Source of the DNA: Chrysomallon squamiferum
Taxonomy: Eukaryota > Animalia > Mollusca
Direction of reading: 5' to 3'
DNA length: 64,000 nucleotides
Assembly (NCBI GenBank): GCA_012295275.1
Contig: CM022674.1
Coordinates: 6,820,001 to 6,884,000, forward strand
The stretch's first letter is position 1. Every line of letters starts with the position of its first letter. Shown here piece after piece: positions 1 to 11,500 of the stretch. The position numbers were made by a program, and so were the translations under genes. A model generated the notes under the pieces. The model was not told the origin of the DNA. It did not search any database and was given only the letters and a program-made list of their open reading frames with translations.

Positions 1-42
1 TGTATACATCTGTTTTAAGGACTTTTTACATATGTGTACATG

Positions 43-83
<41 letters not shown>

Positions 84-220
84 ACTTATTGAGTATATGT
101 TTAGGGTTTGAATATTCTCAGTCTTGAGCACGTCTGTTTAGATTCTACACATAGATAATATTTGGAAACGCACTGGCACAGGGGGACACAGTCAAATCAT
201 GACCTGTTTGTGTGTATATA

Positions 221-256
<36 letters not shown>

Positions 257-304
257 TGTATGCATGTTTGTATTATCTATTTTACTTTGATATTTTCTTT
301 TCAG

Positions 305-717
305 AAAGCTTTTAACTCAAGGTTTACTTCTTTCTGCGGTTTTCTTAATGTGTCCTCTCGTCATATACTTCGTACAACATTTCTGCAGCGAAATACAGAA
401 GTACGCACAGGCAGTGGTCACCAAAACAAAAGAACTTCACAGAGAATTAAGAAGGTCAGACACCCTGCTTCATCAGACTGTGCCCCTAGTACTGGCGAAA
501 AAACTGAAACAGAAGGAAACCATTGATGCCGAGTATTTCAAATGCGCGACGATCATGTTTTCGGAAATCGTCGGCTTTAATCGGGTGACATCGCTCTACA
601 CACCGCTGGAAATCGTAGACTTGTTGAACAACCTGTACGTTACGCTGGACAATAAAGTATCACTCTACGACGTGTACAAAGTGGAGACCATCAACGACTC
701 CTACATGTTGGCGTCAG
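305..717 (+). CDS. GC-like exon: TM helix, coiled coil and start of cyclase domain
   Basis: Acceptor ttttcttttcag ending at 304; frame of ORF 348..749; donor G|GTGTAG at 717/718. Confidence 0.88.
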
Positions 718-842
718 GTGTAGTAGTAGTTGTTGATATTAATGTATAAGGATGATTCAGATTATTTAATAATAATAATAATAATAATAAAGAAAGAAAT
801 TAAATTTAAAAATTTGAAAAACAATTTAAGTAAGATTAAACA

Positions 843-934
<92 letters not shown>

Positions 935-1206
935 CAGTTTTATTTGTTTATTTATTTTAGATATACCTCACCGAAACGAAAGAAAGCATTCGGCAGAGAT
1001 AGGCAACTTAGCGCTAGATTTCCTGGATTTAGCAAAAAATGGATGTTTATTTACCATAAACAACTCCAACGTGAAAATTAAGATAGGCATTAGTACTGGT
1101 AAGGTTGTTGTTGTTGTTGTTGTTTTTGTTTTTGCTTTCTGCTTTTTTGAAAAATACTCATTTTCCTTTATCATCATCATCATCATCATCATTATTATTA
1201 TTATCA

Positions 1207-1237
<31 letters not shown>

Positions 1238-2330
1238 GCAATAACTGATGATAGAAATTTAATAAATGGATACTAGTGATAACACTAAACAAACGTCTGA
1301 CAGTCAGAGAAGCATGGTAGAAAACTGATGACTGTATTTATTTTTCAAGGCACGTGTTTGGCGGGTATTGTAGGAATACACATGCCTAGGTACTATGTTA
1401 CAGGTGAATCCGTGAATGCGGCGTATGAAATGAAAACAAAAAGCACAGGTGAGCAAAATATAATTTTTTTTTGATTGGGGAGGGTTGCTTATATATAAGT
1501 TATGTTTGGTTTGTTTTGTAGTTTTTTGGTTTTTTTGTTGTTTTTTTTTTAGTTTCGGTTTTTTTTTTTTTTTTTTTTTTTTTTCGTTTTTGGGGGTTTC
1601 TTTTGCTGTTGTTGTTATTAAGTTAACGTTATTATTCTTTTTAGTGGAAAGAGCTTTATTTATGTTATGTACGGTAAAATAGAACCGCGTAGCAACTGTG
1701 TTTCAGTAGACACATTTCTTTTCTATATCTAACTATAGATCAAATTATTAAAGTATTAATTTTTACATGTATAAAATAATAGCATCGTCTAGTCTCTAGT
1801 AATGAAAGACTGAAAACTATAAAGCAAAGACAAATCCTAAAATGATATGTATTAACAATTATATTAAAAGTAAATAAACTGCCTTTAAATGCCGATATAA
1901 ATATATAATTAGAAATAAAGAAACTACGCGATGAAACAAACTTTTAAATGTAGTTTTTAAATTTTAGAGTTATGTTAATCAGCTGTCGTATCTGCATATA
2001 ACAAAATTAAAACTTTTTATTACTGCGTTAATGATTCTGATTTTTCCGTGACCAATTAAACGGGTTCAAACTGACAGAATCCGTATTTTAAATTAGGAAA
2101 CCGTAGATAATTTAGATGGATTTATTTCTTTTGTATTATTACATATTTGAGAATTAAGAAATAAGTCACAATGTGTTATTTATGTAGTGGATAAGATGGT
2201 ATTATATCATCATGATAATAAATTATTGTCTCAGTTGTTGTCTCAATTTTAATTTTTACAAAGTTAATTTCTACTTGCTGAATATTTTATTTTCATTTAT
2301 TTAAGACATTTATTTATTTTCAGGGGACAA

Positions 2331-2372
<42 letters not shown>

Positions 2373-2478
2373 GCTGGCAAGATACATCTTTGTATCAGAG
2401 CTTACGAGTCACTGAAAAGGGATAATACGTTTATCATGACGAAGAGAAATCTGGACGACACAGATAATATAAAGGTAT

Positions 2479-2531
<53 letters not shown>

Positions 2532-3065
2532 TTATTTTGGAAGTAAATTACATATGACCCAGTCATTATTATTATTATTATTATTATCACCATCATCATT
2601 GTCATTATTTTTATTTTTATTTTTGTAAAGAAAAACGTTTATCAAACATATTGGTTGGAAGGCAGACACGACAAACCATTTAATAATGATGACGTGGCAG
2701 CTCCTGACATCATCAAAGACGTAAGCACTCACACAGGCAAGACGTCGGAGAAAGCTTTCGCTTCGACGTCTTCGGAAACAAATGAATGTAGCTGTGGCGT
2801 TCAAGACGTTAAGAGCGCGACGAGTACGGACGACGCAGTAGACGTTGATGCCGACGCCGATAACTTATCGGATAAGGATATAGAAGATGCTGTTGTAGAA
2901 GAACTTGCGGTGGATTTTAATGCAACTGATTCTTTGTCTGGTAATACTGCACACAGCATACGTCAGTGCAGCGATAAAGCAGACGACAATTATGTGAAAA
3001 ATCGAGAACGTTCGACTTCCTTGCAAATTGCTGAAAGATTAGAACTGCCTGAAGTTGCAGAGTAG
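305..3065 (+). CDS. Membrane guanylate-cyclase-like protein (NIT-GC-like architecture, degenerate catalytic site), 3' part; exons 305-717, 961-1098, 1350-1448, 2374-2474, 2631-3065; 5' exons lie upstream of the window
   Basis: Spliced translation: KLLTQGLLLSAVFLMCPLVIYFV (TM) - IQKYAQAVVTKTKELHRELRRSDTLLHQTVP (coiled coil/signalling helix) - FSEIVGF - YKVETINDSYMLAS/DIPHRNERKHSAEIGNLALD - KIGIST/GTCLAGIVGIHMPRYYVTGESVNAAYEMKTKST/AGKIHLC - K/KNVYQTYWLEG - acidic tail - TAG 3063-3065. All introns GT-AG with consistent phase; motifs align in order with the class III guanylate cyclase domain. Confidence 0.9.
846..930. repeat. (CT)n microsatellite
   Basis: Pure CT run in GC-like gene intron. Confidence 0.95.
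961..1098 (+). CDS. GC-like exon (DIPHRNERKHSAEIGNLALDFL...KIGIST)
   Basis: Acceptor ttattttag ending at 960; donor G|GTAAGG at 1098/1099; matches the GLPxRN...HAxEIAxMALD...RIGIHxG block of cyclases. Confidence 0.88.
1350..1448 (+). CDS. GC-like exon (GTCLAGIVGIHMPRYYVTGESVNAAYEMKTKST)
   Basis: Acceptor tttttcaag ending at 1349; donor G|GTGAGC at 1448/1449; aligns with canonical GPxxAGVVGxxMPRYCLFGDTVNTASRMES. Confidence 0.9.
2374..2474 (+). CDS. GC-like exon (AGKIHLCIRAYESLKRDNTFIMTKRNLDDTDNIK)
   Basis: Acceptor after the (TTTA)n run ending ttag at 2373; donor AAG|GTATAT; KIH motif of cyclase C-terminus. Confidence 0.85.
2483..2528. repeat. (AG)n microsatellite
   Basis: Pure AG run. Confidence 0.95.
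2631..3065 (+). CDS. GC-like terminal exon (QTYWLEG plus ~135-aa acidic tail)
   Basis: Acceptor ttttgtaaag ending at 2630; TYWL motif ends the cyclase domain; same frame as ORF 2655..3065; stop TAG. Confidence 0.85.
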   Translation, partial: KNVYQTYWLEGRHDKPFNNDDVAAPDIIKDVSTHTGKTSEKAFASTSSETNECSCGVQDVKSATSTDDAVDVDADADNLSDKDIEDAVVEELAVDFNATDSLSGNTAHSIRQCSDKADDNYVKNRERSTSLQIAERLELPEVAE

Positions 3066-3590
3066 AGACCCATAGAGAGTTATCACATTTGTGACTACAT
3101 ATCGTTTCTTTTAAGCGTATAGCTTACGAGTGTTTCTGTTTCTAAATTATTCTTATATATATAGGTTTCAAGTATTGTTACAGTTTGTTTTTCTTGTTGT
3201 TTTGTTTTTAGGTTGTTTTATTTTTAAGTATATGATTATTATTTATTATTTTTTTAAAATGCTGATGACATTCATTTTAAAAAATCTTTTATTATTATTT
3301 TCATCTTTTTCTTTTTAGAACAAAATAAAGTTTTTTTAATATATTTACATTATGTATTATATATGTGCTAATATTTTTGTCAGTTACAAGTGTGCATGCA
3401 AAGATATCTGGGGTGCTTTTTAATCATGATTCATCTTACAGGCTTCTTTCTGTGTTGTGTTTGTGGCTTTATTTACTTCTATAATTTGTTTACCTTTCTT
3501 ACACATGTAACGATTGTAATTGATAACATATCTTTTAGGTGTGTATATACTTACTACATTTAACTTATTTATTTTGCAAAATGTTGTGCA

Positions 3591-3618
3591 AATAAAAAAG
3601 TTTGAAGATGAAAATAAA
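3591..3618 (+). terminator. Candidate polyadenylation signals of the GC-like gene
   Basis: AATAAA at 3591-3596 and 3613-3618, followed by T-rich sequence; hexamer is common by chance in AT-rich DNA. Confidence 0.35.
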
Positions 3619-3934
3619 AGTTCTGTTAAATTTAATTATTTCTGTTTAAAACAATGAATACTTTGGTTTTTCGAGAAGTAAAAATCTTTATTTTATAAAT
3701 TATGTACGAACAGTAGGATTTTTTAGTGTTATTAGTCTAAAACGGATAAATTAATTTGTTCATCTTTTTAATTATACATCATGAACCGTATAACAAGTTG
3801 AAATCTGTTGCAGCTACTCCATACATCAATGATTTTAATTAGTTGTTTTACAATATTCAACTATAGGAGGTTACATATATATATGTGGTTGAAAGTATTT
3901 TCAACAATATACATCGTATTTTAATTTGAATACA

Positions 3935-3999
3935 TTTATTTACTATTTTCTAGCAGCTGGTGTATTTTTGAATTAAGTGTTGCTAAACATTCATTTATT
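3935..3999 (-). terminator. Candidate polyadenylation signals of the SH2D5-like gene (3' UTR about 1.6 kb)
   Basis: Minus-strand AATAAA at 3940-3935 and 3999-3994; other hexamers occur nearer the stop, so the site used is uncertain. Confidence 0.25.
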
Positions 4000-5598
4000 C
4001 ATTGTACTGGGTTTTTAACAACTTGTTTGTGACTGGATGACTAACAGAAAAAAGGGAGAACTATTAAAAATTAATATTATCGGTAGTAATGAAGCACTTT
4101 TGAAATTGGTTATGCTGGCACAAAATGTTTCATAAGCATGAATATCAGTTAAATTAAAAATAATAATAATAAATAATAATGATGATAATAATAATGATAA
4201 TAATAATGATAATGATGATGATGATGAAGTCAAAAAGAACAAAACACAATCTGAACCCAACTAATAATTTAATAGATTTGTTAAGGCTTACATGGATGCA
4301 TGTAAAGTAACAGTTTTAAAATAGTCACACACAATAAATAACTAGAAGAAAAACATTCATTAGACTATTAAAACATCATTTAACACACACACATACCTAC
4401 ATACATATATACATTATATATTTACACATGCACTTATCCATACATACAAAAACACAGATTCCTTGGCAACAAACAAACAAAACAAATTCAACATTTCAAA
4501 CATGCAACAATTTCGTAAAACAAACTTTCATAACATATGACGGCAACATCTGTTTTTAAAAAACAATTAAAAACAAACATCTTAACGATATCTCAATAAA
4601 TGGAACAGTCCACGACTTCTTTTTGGATTTTAGAATTTCAAAAACAAAAAAATTTAAAAGAAAAATCCGTTTTAAAAACACAGACAAAAGTACAGTCACA
4701 GACTCGGGTAAATTCTGATTTGTTCTTCCTTTAAGAACACAATGTCTCCCATGTTGTGAATGAATAACTAGCACTTGTTTTTTTGTTCTAGCACAGCTAA
4801 CTCAGAAGCCGACATGCAACTGATTGTCAAAGCCAGAAGCCACACTCCTACATTTATGTATATGGGTTTTTATATTTCACACGTTTATCTGGTTCAACCA
4901 AATTCATGTGATAGCAGTGTCTTCAATAATAAAAAATAAAATATATATATATTTATATATATTGGCCTTTAATAAGAATCTGGTTGAATAAAAAAATATA
5001 TATATATATTATTTATTTATTTATTTATTTATTTAGTTATTTTGTTATTAACTTATTTAGTTTTGTGTGTATGTTTATGTTTAGAAGATATTCAAAATAA
5101 CTTCAGAAGAGAACATTTTAATGCCGCTTTTTTTAGAAAATGTTTTTATCATGAAGTTTTTTTTTTTTATTATAGATGAATTTAATTAACAATCTTGCAA
5201 ACTTCTAAATTGATTGCCAGTTTATATTTCTACAGAGGTGAAATGGATGTTTTTAGCAGTAAAAATTATATTATGACTTAATCCAATAATAGATTAGAAT
5301 CCATTAGATATGTTTTAATAATCTTTTGATTATACTAGGATGTACAAGACTGAGTATGGCCTACAGAGTTAATTCAGTTATAGTGCTACACTGTTTTCAC
5401 TAAAACTAACTTATCTTTATGTCCAGGCAAAACAACGAAAGACTTGGCATAACGTAGAACAAACACCACAGTAAAAAAAAAAAAAAACAATGTTTTCCAT
5501 CTGAAATTATGAACACGAGAGAATTTCCAAGCACATTTGGTGTATATGATATCCAAAAGGTACTTGCACAGAAGCAGATAAAGGCAAGTGGGTAAATA

Positions 5599-5802
5599 TC
5601 ACATTTTAAGCTGCGCCATCATTGTGGAGAAGTCTGACAATCTTTGATAGTCTGGGTCTTCTTCACGGTCGTCTTTATCACTTGCTTTGAATGTTGGGTT
5701 CTTGGCTTTTCGTGGAAGTTTGAGTGTGCAAGGTAACATTTCTCTCATCACTGTGTGGTGTGTCACCAGTGCTGTTAAACTGGACCATTCTTTGTCAAGT
5801 CC
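5599..5802 (-). CDS. SH2D5: SH2D5-like exon 10 (SH2 C-terminus and tail, stop TGA)
   Basis: Acceptor ttttttcag, GLDKEWSSLTALVTHH...LPCTLKLP...QLKM*. Confidence 0.9.
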   Translation of the reverse strand, partial: GLDKEWSSLTALVTHHTVMREMLPCTLKLPRKAKNPTFKASDKDDREEDPDYQRLSDFSTMMAQLKM

Positions 5803-6194
5803 CTGAAAAAAAAACAAAAAAAAACACAGTCAGTATGAAGATACTTAGAATTATAAAACCTCTCCAAGGAAGTGAATGTGCATTTCTTTCTCTTTTTTTA
5901 ATGTTCATATTATCTGCCAAATGTTGTGACATTACATACTTTAAAGAGATATACTACTGATAAAGAGGCCTCAATACTTTTTTAGCTAATTCTGTGAATA
6001 ATAAATCTAAATAATAAATAATGTTAATAAAGTCAAGAAGGTTAACTGTTTAAACAGGTTTATTTTATTTTAAACAGTATTTAATGAAACCTTTTAAAAA
6101 TTAGCACATTCATCTGATGTTCTTAGAATCTTTATTTCCTTACTTAAAAAAAGAAAAAATTATTTAATTAATTAAAAAACAAATAAATAAAAAA

Positions 6195-6238
<44 letters not shown>

Positions 6239-6344
6239 AATAATAATGATGATAATGATGATGATAATAATAATGATGATGATGATGATGATGATGATAA
6301 TAATAATAATAATAATAATAACAATAATAATAACAACAATAATA

Positions 6345-6394
<50 letters not shown>

Positions 6395-8508
6395 AAGAAA
6401 AACATAACTGCATCACCAATTTAAAAACAAGAAAATGAGAACACTATTTTCTAGCCAGGAAACGAATCTTCCAAACACAGGATTTTTATATTCCTAATTT
6501 TTCTTTCTTTCTTTTTTTGTCATAAATTCTCACGCTAAATTTGCCCTAAATATTAATGCGAGTATGCAAGCAAGCCTCAGTGAACACAATGACGTGCCTT
6601 GTTAGACTTAAAAAGCCAACGGTGAAGAATAATGCAAACATTCCACACACAATATGAACTTTCTCAATGACATATTTTTCATCCCTAGTAATAATACAGG
6701 AATCTATCACATTTTGCTTGCTTCAGATGAATAACAGTTAATCTGTGAAGTGGTCCATGCAGATCAAGTCTCTAAGCCTAGCACACAGAGTTGTAGAGAA
6801 GTTGACCATTGCTTTTGTATACACAGCCTAAACTTTGATCATTTGTGTGAATGAACCTCCTCTGTGATTGAGTGATGTGTTATTAACAGCAACTAGATTA
6901 TTTATATTTTGTATCTGTAATTCCATATACACGTTCTGAATTTTAACCATATATATATAAAGGAATACCTCTTTGTATAATAATATATATATGTATATGT
7001 CTTTATATATGTCTGTCTGTGTGTGTGTATGTGTGACATGGTTAATCCCAAACTTTCCAAACTGAAACTAAATTAATTTCTTAATTATCTTTTCCATTAG
7101 TTTGACTGAAATTTTGATGCAATGTAAGAAAACCAACTACTAACCTTTAACTTGACCCCTCTCTGTGTTTTCAAAATTAGATAATGTGAGATTCCATTAG
7201 CATTTTCAAACTTTGGCACACAAACAGAAAGAGCAAAACAGCCGGGATGTGTTGTGCTGTCCCTCACAATGAAAGAACCCACCTCCTCCTGTTGTAGAAT
7301 TTCCAGAGCTATCTCTCTGTAACAACAAAACAGTTTTCTGGATAATAATAACAGCTAACACTGCATATAAAATGAGCATTAACAAAGGATTTTTATGGCT
7401 AACATCATCAAAATAAATATTTTCTTTAAATGTCAAAAGTTTAATAAAAAAAAAATTATTATTAACAAATTTAAAAATAAAAAATAAATAAATAACAAAA
7501 AATGATAATAAAAGAAAGAAAAGAATTAAATTTTGGTTGGCAGAATGTTTTTTTTATTACATCTGCTAAATGTCTCTTTATCTGGATCTATCAGTATTTG
7601 ATGAATAAATTCACTTTGGTTACCTGGGAATTCCTGCCTGGTACCATGGGGCATGACGCAGTGATTCATCTTCAATATGACTTCGGTCTAAACACATGAG
7701 AGACTCAAGCCTACAAGACAAAACCAGTGAAATACTGAATATTTTTTTAAATAACCTTTGTAAAAAATACTTTATAAGATTATTAATCTTTTCAAGACAC
7801 TAATACAAATTATGTTTGTATGATTTGTACACCATTGATCACTGTTGCAGTCTACATTCTGACGTCTGTTTGAGATGTTATCGATGAAAAGCAAACTGCA
7901 ATCCATTTTTACTTTTCAGTGAAAAAGAGAAAGTATATTAATTCCAACTGAAGCTATTTTACAAATCAGCTTCTATTAAGAAAAAGAAACAGGAAAAAAA
8001 AAAGGAAAAGGAAAATAATTTATTTTTCATTATTTATTCATATCATGCATAACACTAAAACCATTATTATTGACAATAAAAATACACATTCTGTTACAAC
8101 TCCATATCATCAGTATCAATAACTGATTATAGACAGCTTATTAAAACTTCATAAATATTAATAAGGCTTCTGCAGCGATATGAACACATTTATTGACAAC
8201 AAAACAAAGTACCATTAGCAAGTTAATAAAAACAGCCATAACATATTTAACTAGTGTCAGAAACCTAATAACATGCAAAACATAGTAAAAATTTAAGTAC
8301 TGGTAATATTAAAGACATTAATATGTATGGAGTTGGTAAAATGATACAATTCTTCTGCACTTTAAAAACTTGAAAAGACTAAAAAATTATTTCATGTTAC
8401 GATAGGAAAACACTATATATTCTTTATAACAATTTTGACAAAATAAATTATTTTATAATAAAAATATATATAGTAAATAAAAAATCCATAAATATTAAAG
8501 AATTACAA

Positions 8509-8540
<32 letters not shown>

Positions 8541-11500
8541 TGATGATGATGATGATGATAACAGCAACAACAGTAATAAAAATAATAAATCAATAAATAA
8601 ATAAATTTTAAAAAGTAACAAATAAGTCAGAGTCACTGGTTAGATTGGAAAATAAATCGTCTGGAACACAGATGAGGAATGAACATGCAACCATCAATCT
8701 GCGATAAGAATTTCTAATTACTGAACAACAACCTATTTCTTTCTTTCAAAGTTTTCCCTTAACACTACAGCGTTTCAACCTTAGACAAATAGCCTTTGAA
8801 AATATTTAACGTAAATCACTGTGAAACATTTTCTAGCATTTTCTCATGAACCTGTAGTTTTGTACAACAATAGCAGGGAGGATATCAAAGAACAATAAGT
8901 GGGCTTTTACTGTAAACAAATAAACAAGTCATTCCAAACATGTGAGATAAACAGAGGTTACCTATAACAACACACTTAATAGCTTGGACATTACACACTC
9001 TGTCATTAACTAAACACACAGAACTTATACAGATGCACAGTAATGTTAATTAGTGTGTCTAGTTAATTGATAATGTTAAAGCTAAACTGCAATTAGAAAT
9101 TGATGGTCTGATTATTTAAACCTTGACATAATTTTGATATGTAACTGGAGTTTTAAGGAATTTTTTGTTGTTGTTTTTCTTCTTAATTGCTTTTCTTTTC
9201 TTTTTATTTATTTATTTATCTGTTTGTTTTGTTTTGTTTTGTTTTGTTTTGTTGTGTTGTGTTGTGTTGTGTTGTGTTGTGTTGTGTTGTGTTGTGTTGT
9301 GTTGTGTTGTGTTGTGTTGTGTTGTGTTGTGTTGTGTTGTTTTGTTATTCTTTAATATTCATCATTTAATTTTCATTATAAACTGAAAAAAACTTTAAGA
9401 ATTTTATTTTTCTTCTCCTAAATCATTTATTTATTTAAACTGTAAATATGAGACACTGACTAAACACTTGTAGCTTTATGTTTTACAGTACCTGAAATAA
9501 ATACGCTTTACATAAAAGCCTTACAATTGTTCTATACAGCCAGTACATGAAATATAAATAAAATTATTCTATTTTTATCTTTTTCTTTATTACATAAAAA
9601 AGAGGAGATAACAATCAGAAGATTTAACCTAGAGGGTTATCAAATAAGAAATCAAGACAGAGAACACGACAAGCTAAAGCCCCAGGCTTCATGTGGCTGT
9701 CATCAAGAGCACTGTGTAACAATTCAATCACTATGACATCAGTGTGTCACAAACACAGCTTGATTATGTTACAGCCAGGCAACACACAGTTCAATACTGA
9801 CAGAGATACCATCAGTGTCATCACATTCATAGGTAATATTTAGTACAAATAATCACATGTACAGGCATACCAAATGTATGTTATTAAATTGATAAAAATA
9901 ACCACAAGTATGTATTACATACCACTCATTTATTAAACTGATGAAAACAATCACATGTACATGTATGACATATGGAATGTATATTGATCTCATAAAAACA
10001 GTCATATTTGTATTACATACCAGCCACTTATTAAACAGATAACAATGACCACATGTACATGGCAAAGCAGCAATTTATTACACAGATAAAATAATCATGT
10101 ACGTACTTAACATGCCAGTTATCTGCTGTCACACTAACATTTCATTGAACTGTCTACATTTATTCATTCCACTGTGGTGCAGTGGTTAGGCTTCAGGCAG
10201 AAAGATACTTTTGTTCACAAACCCATTATGTCTTCTACCATTAATTGTGGAGTAAGATAATTATATTCTTTATTGTAATTTTCATACACTGCTATAGACA
10301 AACATTACCCATTCTATTAATTACATTAAAAAAGAATTGTTTAAAAAATTTGTTTGGTAATTTTAAAATTCCTACCCTTATGCATAAGAAACAAGTAAGT
10401 TTTTGTTAGAATTGTTATAATTTAAATACTATATTTTTCCAAAAAATGAATATTGTCTAGTTTCAGTTGTTACACAGTCTTTCAGTTCAAACTGTGCAAA
10501 AGTCATCTTTTGAAAAAATCTTAGGTGTTAATAGTATTAAATATTTCTCTTTTTTTTTTTTTCCCTTTCATATTATTCACATTATAAGACCTAATATGCA
10601 TATCAAATAAGTGGTGTCTTACTGTAAATCGGTAAAAAGTTATTATTATTTATAAGATTACTGTGTTAACAATGTCAGGTATAGGCCTACTGATTTTTTA
10701 ATAGCAAGATTCCATATGATTATCAAACATTATATTTTTATGAGCTTATTATTGCTCTGTTTAATGACTGCAAGACAATGTTAAAATATTTGTAACATAT
10801 TTCAGAAATACTTCATGTTTCAGAAATACTTGCTGTTTAGTGAAACTACAATATATGCCTTGCTGTCAAAAATTCAAAAAATGTTACAGAAAGATATTTT
10901 TGTTTATTATTCTGAGGGATTTTTTTCAATTTTTATTGCTATATAAAACTATAATGAATGCAGATTTGACAAAAATTCTTGGAATGTTATAGAAATATTT
11001 GTGTTTATTAATTTATGAGATTTTTATTTCTGTTCTGATAATAAAACTATAAACATGTTAGGTATTCATCATAAAAAAGTTTCTTACTTTATGAGTTTAT
11101 TGTTGCTGTTCTGTTTACTAAGATTTCAAAGTATGTGACACTACTGATGTCAGATAACTGAACACAGAATATTTGTGATTATCATCATTGCATTCTTAAC
11201 AAATTTACTAGTCATTAGTAGATGAATAATCCTTAGACATATGCTGATTCAGGCATTCATTAATATGTGATAAATATAAAATACTCAAAATGCCTGACAA
11301 AATCATGTTGGTTTTTCTGCAAATACTTATTACTTTTACTTCTATGAAGACATGCATATGTAGAAGATGTTACTAATGGGAATGCATATTAGGTTTTGAT
11401 CTAGGGACAATATATGAGACGGAGAAAATTAATAAATTAGATTCCAACTGTGTCATCGCCTATATTTATCATCCCAATAGTTCATTAGTTATTTGTTTTA

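Noticed and set aside
6168-6419. Low-complexity ORFs in the track (poly-I/Y/H, CCVVL, HTHT, VCVC, SLSL), e.g. 730..960, 6168..6419, 9134..9386, 13798..14065, 51966..52388
   Set aside because: Translations of microsatellites in introns; no domain content or splice support.
10172-10225. tRNA-like A/B boxes (TGGTGCAGTGG...GTTCACAAACCC); also a minus-strand B box GGTTCAAATCC at 62912-62902
   Set aside because: No cloverleaf can be folded; at best decayed SINE heads.
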